Assembly (NCBI RefSeq): GCF_025021925.1
Contig: NZ_CP092368.1
Location: forward strand, 1-32,000
Direction of reading: 5' to 3'
Length of the DNA: 32,000 bases
Source of the DNA: Candidatus Saccharimonadota bacterium
GTDB taxonomy: Bacteria; Pseudomonadota; Alphaproteobacteria; Rickettsiales; Anaplasmataceae
Below the pieces are notes generated by a model. The model saw only the letters and a program-made list of their open reading frames with translations, had not been told where the DNA came from and did no database searches. Positions 22,449-30,719 of the stretch are shown here, one piece after another. The position numbers and the translations under genes were made by a program. Positions within the stretch are counted from its first letter, which is position 1. Each line of letters opens with the position of its first letter.

Positions 22449-23426
22449 ATGTCATTATTAGAATCGGATCCTATATATAAACCTTTTAACTATCCTTGGG
22501 CATATGATGCTTGGCTACAGCAACAAAGAATTCATTGGATTCCAGAAGAGGTACCGCTTGCTGATGATGTGAGAGATTGGAAAACTAAACTTTCAAATTC
22601 AGAAAAAAGTTTATTAACTCAGATTTTTAGATTCTTTACTCAAGCAGATATTGAAGTAAATAATTGTTATATGAAACATTATTCTAATATATTTAAACCT
22701 ACAGAAATCTGTATGATGCTTGCTAGCTTTTCCAATATGGAAACAATACATATTGCTGCTTATTCTTATCTTTTAGATACAATTGGGATGCCAGAAAGTG
22801 AATACCAAGCATTTTTAAAATATGAAGCTATGAGAAAGAAATATGAATATATGTTAGAATTTGAAGAAAGTAAAAAACACGATAAAAAACATATTGCTAA
22901 AACTCTTGCAGTATTTGGAGCTTTTACTGAAGGACTACAATTATTTGCTTCATTTGCAATTTTACTAAATTTTCAGCGATTTGGAAAAATGAAAGGTATG
23001 GGGCAAATTATAGCATGGTCAGCGCGAGACGAAACTTTACATACTAATTCAATTATTATGCTTTTTAATACCTTTATTAAAGAAAATAATGAAATTTGGG
23101 ATAATCAATTTAAGAAAGAATTATATTCTGCATGTCATACAATTGTTAATCTTGAAGACGAGTTTATCAAGTTAGCTTTTCATTTTGGAGATGTTGAAGG
23201 GCTATCTGCAGAAGAAGTGAGAAGATATATACGATATGTTGCAAATAGAAGACTCATGCAATTAGGACTTGAATCTATATTTAATAATGTAAATTACAAT
23301 CCCATTCCATGGCTTGATCAAATTCTAAATGGAGTGGAACACACTAATTTTTTTGAAAATAGAGTGACCGAATATAGTCGGGCTGCTACTCAAGGGACAT
23401 GGGAAGATGCCTTTAATAAAGATTAA
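22449..23426 (+). CDS. nrdB: Class Ia ribonucleotide reductase beta subunit
   Basis: 325-aa ORF with di-iron/tyrosyl radical contexts (FFTQADIEVN, SNMETIHIAAYSYLL, FTEGLQLFASF, ARDETLH) and a C-terminal alpha-binding tail. Confidence 0.95.
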   Translation: MSLLESDPIYKPFNYPWAYDAWLQQQRIHWIPEEVPLADDVRDWKTKLSNSEKSLLTQIFRFFTQADIEVNNCYMKHYSNIFKPTEICMMLASFSNMETIHIAAYSYLLDTIGMPESEYQAFLKYEAMRKKYEYMLEFEESKKHDKKHIAKTLAVFGAFTEGLQLFASFAILLNFQRFGKMKGMGQIIAWSARDETLHTNSIIMLFNTFIKENNEIWDNQFKKELYSACHTIVNLEDEFIKLAFHFGDVEGLSAEEVRRYIRYVANRRLMQLGLESIFNNVNYNPIPWLDQILNGVEHTNFFENRVTEYSRAATQGTWEDAFNKD

Positions 23427-23622
23427 TAGCCAACCTTCTTTCTGATCAAGAAGTTTATATAACTCAATATATCAAAAAATATTTAATCTATATCAAGATA
23501 TTAGTAAAATAATAACTATTATGATATTTAATCTTAATCTGATTTGCTTCTCATCTCATTTAGAGACTATTATTCATGAATATCTTAACATAGGAAATGC
23601 AGTACCTAATACTAGGATATTA

Positions 23623-25374
23623 TTAGGTATAATTATGAATCAATGACATTTGTTGATCTTGTATATTACTTTCTATTTGCTTTATTTGTACTATTAATTT
23701 CTGTTCTAAATCAAAATGACCATTTATTCTCGCTTGTATTTTTTCTTTTTTCAGTGCATGTAGTTCAGATAATAATATTACATTATTCCACACACTTTCT
23801 GCTGATATACGCTCTTTTAATTGATTATTTAATAAATAAGTCTTATTAAGAATATACTTAATAATTTCAGATTGATGATCAAATTGATTTGGATGAAGTT
23901 CTTTTTTCATATTCATCATGTGTACTATATCTTGTTGTAATCTTTTCATATTTGTTTCAGTAAATATAAAAAGAGAAAAATGCTCAAAAAATCTCAGATT
24001 GTTTAATATCTCTGGAAATTCTATTACGATTCTTAAAATGAGAGCCTGATGATGTTCTGATTCAATGAGCGCTGGAGATTTATTAAGAAAATTCTCACTA
24101 CATTTTTCTTTCGCATACGTCCTAATAATATTATTGTTTTTACAATTTCTACTTAATTCATGTACTTGATGATAAAAATAATCTTTATAATATCTTTTAA
24201 TGCTTTTATTGCTGATATTATTTATATATTTCATACATTGATATTCAATCACTGAATATTTCTCAGGAGTCAGTTTTTCGTTATCATAAATATTATTTGA
24301 TACGATATAATGCCATAGAAATTCAGAATGAAATTTAGTAGATTGATCAAATAAGTGTAAGATTTTTGCTGGATTATATTTTGTATCATTACATATATCA
24401 TATGGATCTTTATCTTGTGATAAGGTAATAAATTTTAATGTATAACCAGGAGTTAAGATAGGTAGTGCAAGTTCTGCAATTCTTATAGTCGCAGCTTGTC
24501 CTGCAATATCTCCATCCATACAGATAGCAATTTCCTTAGAAAATTGCCAAAGAGTTTGTATCTGACATTTAGAAAGCATAGTACCAAGAGATGCAATTGA
24601 ATTACTAATTCCAGCTTGATGTAATGCTAGTACATCCATATATCCTTCAACAACAAAGAGAGTTTGCTGCTTTCGTATTTCATGTAAGGCAAAGTGTAAT
24701 CCGTATAAATGTTCTTTTTTCTTAAAAATTTTACTTTCTGGACTATTCAAATATTTTGGATGTTGTTCAGCATTAAGTACCCGTCCTCCAAAACCTACTA
24801 CTCTTCCTATATGATCATATATCGGAAATATCACACGTTTACGAAAATAAACGTCATAACTTTTTTTAATTAAACCAATATCAAGTAAAATATCATTTTG
24901 AATGCCTAGAGAATGTAAAAATTCTTTTAAGCCAATCTCTGGTGCATAACCTATGTTAAATTTTTTGATGATATCAGAGGAAATATTCCTTTGGTGAAAA
25001 TAATGCATGATATCTTGAGTATTTTGTGCAAACCAATTTGCAGATACATTTAATATTGCAAATAATTGTTTATTATGATTAAAAATATTAAAATCTTTTG
25101 GTCTTTCAAGACCAACAATATATGAAAGTTTTTCTATTGACTGTATAAAAGTTAATCCTTCAGTCTGTGAAATAAATTCAAAGGCATCACCATGAGCGTA
25201 ACATCCAAAGCAATGGTAAACTCCTTTGATATTACTGACAAAAAAAGATGGTGTTTTTTCGTGATGAAATGGACATAGACCAATAAAACTCTCTCCTCTT
25301 TTTATTAGTCCAACTTTTTGTCCTATTATATCAGACAATAGTAATTTAGATTTTATCTCAGCGATATAATTCAT
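23623..25374 (-). CDS. dnaG: DNA primase
   Basis: Carries the zinc finger CPFHHEKTPSFFVSNIKGVYHCFGC, the RNA polymerase core, and TOPRIM VVEGYMDVLAL / DGDIAGQ. The ORF-track start 25401 is a GTG. The ATG at 25374 gives MNYIAEIKSKLLLSDII, the typical DnaG N-terminus. Confidence 0.92.
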   Translation of the reverse strand: MNYIAEIKSKLLLSDIIGQKVGLIKRGESFIGLCPFHHEKTPSFFVSNIKGVYHCFGCYAHGDAFEFISQTEGLTFIQSIEKLSYIVGLERPKDFNIFNHNKQLFAILNVSANWFAQNTQDIMHYFHQRNISSDIIKKFNIGYAPEIGLKEFLHSLGIQNDILLDIGLIKKSYDVYFRKRVIFPIYDHIGRVVGFGGRVLNAEQHPKYLNSPESKIFKKKEHLYGLHFALHEIRKQQTLFVVEGYMDVLALHQAGISNSIASLGTMLSKCQIQTLWQFSKEIAICMDGDIAGQAATIRIAELALPILTPGYTLKFITLSQDKDPYDICNDTKYNPAKILHLFDQSTKFHSEFLWHYIVSNNIYDNEKLTPEKYSVIEYQCMKYINNISNKSIKRYYKDYFYHQVHELSRNCKNNNIIRTYAKEKCSENFLNKSPALIESEHHQALILRIVIEFPEILNNLRFFEHFSLFIFTETNMKRLQQDIVHMMNMKKELHPNQFDHQSEIIKYILNKTYLLNNQLKERISAESVWNNVILLSELHALKKEKIQARINGHFDLEQKLIVQIKQIESNIQDQQMSLIHNYT

Positions 25375-25665
25375 ATTATGGCCTGAATAATATGATGGCA
25401 CATTATATAAATAATATTTTATATATCACCTTAAGTATATTCAAAATATTTTCATTAAGTAAATACGATAGTTATAGATGCCATCCATCTCTATATCATA
25501 GTATATTATAATGTAAAAAGACATTCCACTATCTTCTGATATATAATGCAAGACATATACTGATCAATATATCATCTTTAGATGAGTAATTTACATGAAA
25601 ACGACTTGACATTAAGAGAAAAATAAATTACCCATGCAAATATCACTTTAATTGCAATACTTAAT

Positions 25666-26844
25666 ATGTCATGTATAATATCAATGACTTCAGATCATGC
25701 TGGTTATATATTAAAATCAGAAATTAAACATTATCTAAAAAATATAGGTAATTATCAGGTGATAGATCATGGATGTGATAATCAAGATGATCCTGTAGAT
25801 TATCCTGATTATGCTGTTAAAGTGGTAGAAGATATCAGGAGAAAAAAATCATCTTATGGCATATTAATTTGTGGTACAGGATTAGGGATGAGTATTGCAG
25901 CAAATCGCTTTACGGACATTCATGCTGTAGTATGCCATAGTTGTGAACTTGCACAATTAGCGCGAGAACATAGCAATGCAAACATTCTCTGCTTAGGTGC
26001 AAGAATGATATCACAAGATTTGGCAATATCCATTGTAAAGCAATTTTTAGAAACAAATTTCTCAAAAGATCATAGACATCAAATACGTCTTGATAAACTC
26101 AATCATATGCATTCAATTTTCAACAAAAAAATAACTTCTAATGAGAAAGAGATATCTAAATTTACTAAAATGGCAAATGAATGGTGGAATGAGAATGGCA
26201 CATTTAAATCACTACATATGATCAATCCTATTAGGATCTCTTATATCATTAAGAAAATTACAGAAATCAAAAAATGTGATTTGAAAAATATTACTCTATT
26301 AGATGTAGGCTGTGGAGGTGGTCTGTTATCCGAATCAATGGCTCGTCTTGGTATGCATGTATCTGGAATAGATACATGCAAAGAAAATATTCAAATTGCA
26401 CAAGAGCATGCTCAAAAAGTAGGATTGGACATAGAGTATTTACATACTAGTATTGAAATGCTTAATGATAATAAAAAATATGATATAATATTATTAATGG
26501 AGGTAGTAGAGCATGTAGATAATGTGGAATTCTTTATTAAAAGAGCAATATCTTGTCTTAAACAAGAAGGTATAATATTTCTTTCTACAATTAATAGAAC
26601 GATAAAATCCTTTCTACTTGCAATTCTTGGTGCGGAATACATATTAAAATGGATACCAAGAGGTACACATAATTGGAATAAATTTCTTCAACCATCAGAA
26701 ATTACACAATATTTTAGAGAAAATGATGTTGTGATATATAATATGGCTGGTATTGAATACAATATTCTCAAGAATCAATGGCATATCACTAATAATATTG
26801 ACGTGAATTATATTCTATGTGGTTTGTTATGTTCAAACCCTTGA
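25666..26844 (+). CDS. rpiB/ubiG: Single ORF fusing ribose-5-phosphate isomerase B (aa 1 to about 147) with ubiquinone-biosynthesis O-methyltransferase UbiG (aa about 158 to 392)
   Basis: The N-terminal half has SDHAGYILK, DYPDYA, GILICGTGLGMSIAANRF and NILCLGARMI, which is full-length RpiB/LacAB. The C-terminal half has EISKFTKMANEWWNENGTFKSLHMINPIRISYI, the SAM motif LLDVGCGGGLLSESMA, MEVVEHV, GAEYILKWIPRGTHNWNKF and DVNYIL, which is full-length UbiG. There is no stop between them. An in-frame ATG at 26107 sits at the junction. Confidence 0.85.
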   Translation: MSCIISMTSDHAGYILKSEIKHYLKNIGNYQVIDHGCDNQDDPVDYPDYAVKVVEDIRRKKSSYGILICGTGLGMSIAANRFTDIHAVVCHSCELAQLAREHSNANILCLGARMISQDLAISIVKQFLETNFSKDHRHQIRLDKLNHMHSIFNKKITSNEKEISKFTKMANEWWNENGTFKSLHMINPIRISYIIKKITEIKKCDLKNITLLDVGCGGGLLSESMARLGMHVSGIDTCKENIQIAQEHAQKVGLDIEYLHTSIEMLNDNKKYDIILLMEVVEHVDNVEFFIKRAISCLKQEGIIFLSTINRTIKSFLLAILGAEYILKWIPRGTHNWNKFLQPSEITQYFRENDVVIYNMAGIEYNILKNQWHITNNIDVNYILCGLLCSNP

Positions 26845-27080
26845 CTTCTCCTGTATTTGCTGATCGCATGTTCTATGATATAAATCAATTATCCCTAATA
26901 ATATAGGGTCACTTTATATATCATGAATAATATTATGTATTGGATTCAATATATAGAAATACTCTTGATAAAAATTATCTGTATAAAGTTATAGTATAAA
27001 CTATTCAAATCATTACTACTAAGTATTTTTTTAAGAAAAATGATCTATGATCAAACCTCTGATAAAAGATCAAAACTTTG

Positions 27081-27109
27081 TTGATTTCGCATCCTAATAT
27101 CTATATAGT
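27081..27109 (+). promoter_or_regulatory. Candidate sigma70-type promoter for metG
   Basis: TTGATT (27081-27086), 17-nt spacer, TATAGT (27104-27109), 35 nt upstream of the metG ATG. Confidence 0.35.
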
Positions 27110-27143
27110 CATACCTTATCATTATATATCCTAGTGTCTAGAG

Positions 27144-28721
27144 ATGCATCATTCTAATAATATATATATCACAACACCAATATATTATGTTAATGACAAG
27201 CCTCATATAGGTCATGCATATACTTCATTACTGTGTGATGTCATGACAAGATTTATAAGATTATCTGGAAAAAAAGTAAAATTTACTACAGGTACTGATG
27301 AGCACGGTCAGAAGATCGAAAAAGCAGCACAAGTGAGAGGTATGTCTCCAATAAACTTTGTAAATGAAGTATGCATATCATTTAAAGAGTTAGCAAGATG
27401 TATGAATATTCAATATGATGATTTTGTACGTACCACAGAAATACGACATAAGAATGCAGTGTTAGCATTATGGGAAAGATTACAAGTAAGAGATCAGATA
27501 TACTTAGATTATTATTCAGGATGGTATTCGATGCGTGATGAAACATTTTATCACTCATCTGAATTGATCAATGGAAAAGCCCCAACAGGTGCTGAGGTTC
27601 AGTGGATACAAGAAGAGAGTTATTTTTTTCGCTTATCACAATGGCAAGATACACTACTAACACTATATGACAGTCAACCAGATTTTGTATTTCCTCAAAG
27701 TAGAAAGAATGAAGTGATCTCATTTATAAAATCCGGTTTAACTGATTTATCAATTTCTAGAACAAGCTTTAATTGGGGTATAAAAGTTTTAGATAATACT
27801 GCACATATTATTTATGTCTGGATAGATGCATTAACTAATTATCTTACATCAATAGGATTTCCTAGTACTGAAAATTCAGAATATAGAAATTTTTGGCAAG
27901 CACAAGATATACAATATATGATGAGTAGAGATGATAGTAGTATGATACATAATACTAATAGATCTTTTAAAATTCATATCATTGGTAAAGATATATTACG
28001 CTTTCATGCTGTTTATTGGCCAGCTATGCTTCTTGCAGCAGATTTACCGCTACCAAATCAGATTGCTGTACATGGTTGGTGGTTAAATCAAGAACAAAAA
28101 ATCTCTAAATCTATTGGCAATATTATAGATCCAATTGATTTAGTAAAAGAATTTGGTACAGATGCATTACGCTATTTTCTTCTGAGAGACACAAATTTTA
28201 TTCAAGATAGCAATTTTAGCAAGAAGAATATGATTCTGAGGATCAATTCAGATCTTGCAAATAATATAGGTAATTTAATACATAGAACAATTTCATTATT
28301 GCACACTCAATGCTACGGCATAGTACCACACGTGGATCAGCAATTGCTGCACCCTCAGATAGATTATCAATGTATAATTACTACAGTAATGAATCATCTT
28401 ACAAAATATGAATTGCATCGCATAATTCTCTTGATTCTTAGTATTTCATCTGAAGCTAATGCTTATATAGATAAAAATGCTCCATGGACTCTAAATACAA
28501 CTCATACTAAAACTCGTATGCATATAATTATTTATCAAGTACTTGAATATATAAGAATCATTGGCATTCTATTACAACCAATCATTCCACAATCAGCAGA
28601 CAAAATACTCAATCAACTTAAAATTCCATATACTCAACGTGATTTACAATCTTTATGTCATGCATCTATTATCTCGGGGATCAAGTTACCCAAATCACAG
28701 CCAGTGTTTTATAGAGTATAG
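27144..28721 (+). CDS. metG: Methionyl-tRNA synthetase (short form, no zinc knuckle, no C-terminal Trbp111 domain)
   Basis: 525-aa ORF with the HIGH motif PHIGHAYT, the KMSKS variant KISKSIGN, GKDILRFHAVYWPAMLLA and an anticodon-binding helix bundle. Confidence 0.95.
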   Translation: MHHSNNIYITTPIYYVNDKPHIGHAYTSLLCDVMTRFIRLSGKKVKFTTGTDEHGQKIEKAAQVRGMSPINFVNEVCISFKELARCMNIQYDDFVRTTEIRHKNAVLALWERLQVRDQIYLDYYSGWYSMRDETFYHSSELINGKAPTGAEVQWIQEESYFFRLSQWQDTLLTLYDSQPDFVFPQSRKNEVISFIKSGLTDLSISRTSFNWGIKVLDNTAHIIYVWIDALTNYLTSIGFPSTENSEYRNFWQAQDIQYMMSRDDSSMIHNTNRSFKIHIIGKDILRFHAVYWPAMLLAADLPLPNQIAVHGWWLNQEQKISKSIGNIIDPIDLVKEFGTDALRYFLLRDTNFIQDSNFSKKNMILRINSDLANNIGNLIHRTISLLHTQCYGIVPHVDQQLLHPQIDYQCIITTVMNHLTKYELHRIILLILSISSEANAYIDKNAPWTLNTTHTKTRMHIIIYQVLEYIRIIGILLQPIIPQSADKILNQLKIPYTQRDLQSLCHASIISGIKLPKSQPVFYRV

Positions 28722-28855
28722 ATTAAAAATATCATATACTCCATCACTATCATATAATTTTCATTATTGAGAGCTATATTACTATAATAAGTATTTCTAA
28801 TATAATATCTAATGATCATCCCAAATGATAAAGATTGATCAAAATAATATAGAAA

Positions 28856-28893
28856 TACATAAACTATAATAAATATTTATCATAGTTTATGTA
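28856..28893. terminator. 38-nt near-perfect palindrome; candidate bidirectional terminator between convergent metG and dnaB
   Basis: tacataaactat-a-ataaatatttat-c-atagtttatgta. The outer arms are 12 perfect bp and the inner 12-mer is self-complementary, with a single a/c mismatch. The right arm overlaps the last two codons and the stop of dnaB (28887-28893). Confidence 0.4.
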
Positions 28894-30344
28894 TGATATT
28901 TATCAGTATAATCTTTAAATGTACCTCTATTAGCATTAAAATATAATTTTATACTTCCAATAGGTCCATTTCTCTGTTTTGCAATAATGAGTTCAGCAAT
29001 ATTTCTAATATTCTGTATTTTTTCTTGCCATTCATGATATTTGATACTATCAATACTTGGCTGTTTTCTTAATTCATAATATTCTTCTCTATATAAGAAT
29101 ATTACTATATCTGCATCTTGTTCTATACTTCCTGAGTCTCGTAAATCAGAGAGTTGTGGTTTTTTATCATCTCTATGTTCAACAGAACGAGAGAGTTGTG
29201 ACAATGCGATCACAGGAATATTTAATTCTTTTGCAATTGCTTTTAATCCCTGTGTGACTTCTGATATTTCTTGTACTCTATTTTCATTACTTCTTTTTGT
29301 TGTACCTCTAATTAATTGTAGATAATCAACAAATACTACTTCTATAGTATATAATTGATAAAGTAAACGAATTCTTGTACGTAAAGCATTAATCGATAGT
29401 GCGGGAGTATCATCAATAATAAATGGCAATTTTGCTAACTCTACACTAGTATTAATAAATTGACGTAATTCTACATCATTCATTTTACCAGTGAGAGCTT
29501 GATGATAACTAATACCTGAATCTATAGTAATTAAACGTGCAGTTAACTGTTCTGCAGACATCTCAAGTGAGAAAAATGCTATATGATGTTGCTTATCATT
29601 AACTCTTTTTTGTAAATATTTACAAGCAGTGAGTGCAATATTGAGAGCTAATGCTGTTTTACCCATAGAAGGTCTTGCAGCTAAGATTAATAAGTCAGAT
29701 TTTTGTAGACCTCCTAATAATTGATTAAGATCTTGCAGTCCAGTTGGAATACCAGCACTTTCTGGATTATTTTTCAATGTCTTGATCTTGTCAATGACAC
29801 TTTTCACTGAATTTGCCAGTGAAATATAGGTTCTTTCTCCCTGTTTTTTTATTGCTAAATTAAATAAATTTGTGATTGCATATTCAATTTGCATTTGTGC
29901 AGGATGATCAACATCATAATTATAACTATTATGTACTATTTCCTGTCCTAACGTAATTAAACATCTTCTGAGATAAGAATCTAAAATTATACGAATTAAA
30001 CTATAAATATCAAGTGGAATACTTGCTTGAGCTGCAAGCCTTGCAAGATATTCAGATCCTTGCAATCCATTAATAATTTGATGATTATCAAAAAACATCT
30101 TTAAACTCAACTCATTGGCTACTATACCGTATTTTCTGGTTTTAGATATTTGTGTAAAAATACTTTGATGTAGTGGATCATAAAAATGTTCTGCAATCAC
30201 CACATCTTCTACTGCATCACAAATTCTATTATCACGAATCATTGCTCCAATTAGCATTTGCTCAGCTTCTAAATTATTTGGTAATTGACATATTTCATCA
30301 TAATATCTCTTCTTGGAAGAGGCTTTGTCAGGTAATTTATTCAT
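28887..30344 (-). CDS. dnaB: Replicative DNA helicase DnaB
   Basis: PNNLEAEQMLIGAMI, Walker A ARPSMGKTALALNIA, FSLEMSAEQL, Walker B VVFVDYLQL, and RSVEHRDDKKPQLSDLRDSGSIEQDADIV. The ORF-track start 30371 is a GTG, so I prefer the ATG at 30344 (MNKLPDK..., 485 aa). Confidence 0.95.
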   Translation of the reverse strand: MNKLPDKASSKKRYYDEICQLPNNLEAEQMLIGAMIRDNRICDAVEDVVIAEHFYDPLHQSIFTQISKTRKYGIVANELSLKMFFDNHQIINGLQGSEYLARLAAQASIPLDIYSLIRIILDSYLRRCLITLGQEIVHNSYNYDVDHPAQMQIEYAITNLFNLAIKKQGERTYISLANSVKSVIDKIKTLKNNPESAGIPTGLQDLNQLLGGLQKSDLLILAARPSMGKTALALNIALTACKYLQKRVNDKQHHIAFFSLEMSAEQLTARLITIDSGISYHQALTGKMNDVELRQFINTSVELAKLPFIIDDTPALSINALRTRIRLLYQLYTIEVVFVDYLQLIRGTTKRSNENRVQEISEVTQGLKAIAKELNIPVIALSQLSRSVEHRDDKKPQLSDLRDSGSIEQDADIVIFLYREEYYELRKQPSIDSIKYHEWQEKIQNIRNIAELIIAKQRNGPIGSIKLYFNANRGTFKDYTDKYHT

Positions 30345-30403
30345 ATAGTATAATAATAGAAGAATAAACACTCAACTATTGTAGAATATTTATTCCTAAT
30401 GTG

Positions 30404-30456
30404 AAATATATAAAGATAAAAAAATTGACTACATATCTATTACATATATTATAACT
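30404..30456 (+). repeat. Degenerate direct repeat, copy 1 (upstream flank of tRNA-Leu)
   Basis: aaatatataaa (30404-30414) ... acatatattataact (30442-30456). Both blocks recur in the same order at 30610-30656. Confidence 0.45.
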
Positions 30457-30460
30457 GCAT

Positions 30461-30545
30461 ACCCATGTGGTGCAATGGTAGACACGGTAGACTCAAAATC
30501 TGCTTCTTATTGATAAGTATACCGGTTCAAGTCCGGTCATGGGTA
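30461..30545 (+). tRNA. tRNA-Leu (anticodon CAA), class II
   Basis: acccatgtggtgcaatggtagacacggtagactcaaaatctgcttcttattgataagtataccggttcaagtccggtcatgggta. The acceptor is ACCCATG/CATGGGT, the anticodon loop is CT-CAA-AA, there is a long variable arm, and the TPsiC arm is ACCGG-TTCAAGT-CCGGT. No CCA is encoded. Confidence 0.88.
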
Positions 30546-30609
30546 CTCTCCCCGATAAAATAATTTATGCATGTATTACTCATAGTATGAATACAAGAAA
30601 ATCAGTTAC

Positions 30610-30656
30610 AAATATATAAACTGCTTCTTTATGATAGATATACATATATTATAACT
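30610..30656 (+). repeat. Degenerate direct repeat, copy 2 (downstream of tRNA-Leu), including a 23-nt segment resembling the tRNA-Leu variable-arm region
   Basis: aaatatataaa (30610-30620), then ctgcttctttatgatagatatac (30621-30643; 19/23 identical to tRNA positions 30500-30522, ctgcttcttattgataagtatac), then acatatattataact (30642-30656; identical to 30442-30456). Confidence 0.45.
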
Positions 30657-30719
30657 AATGTATGATATTCAAGCTTAAGTTGCAAAATATAAAAAAGCAG
30701 ACACAATACATATAGACAA

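Noticed and set aside
23432-23628. Short hairpins after nrdB (cttctt-N7-aagaag, 23435-23453), at the dnaG stop (acctaata-N9-tattaggt, 23604-23628), and after rpiB-ubiG (cccta-N6-taggg, 26893-26908) as terminators
   Set aside because: The stems are only 5-8 bp and lack convincing U-tracts, which is within chance expectation for this composition. They are left unannotated rather than called as terminators.
27909-27971. Apparent insertion of about 17-20 aa (IQYMMSRDDSSMIHNTNRSFK) in MetRS just before the GKDILRFH motif, encoded by a GAT/AGT-rich low-complexity stretch
   Set aside because: It is plausibly a slippage-derived lineage-specific loop. I cannot establish the insertion boundaries or its novelty without an alignment, and the catalytic motifs are intact.
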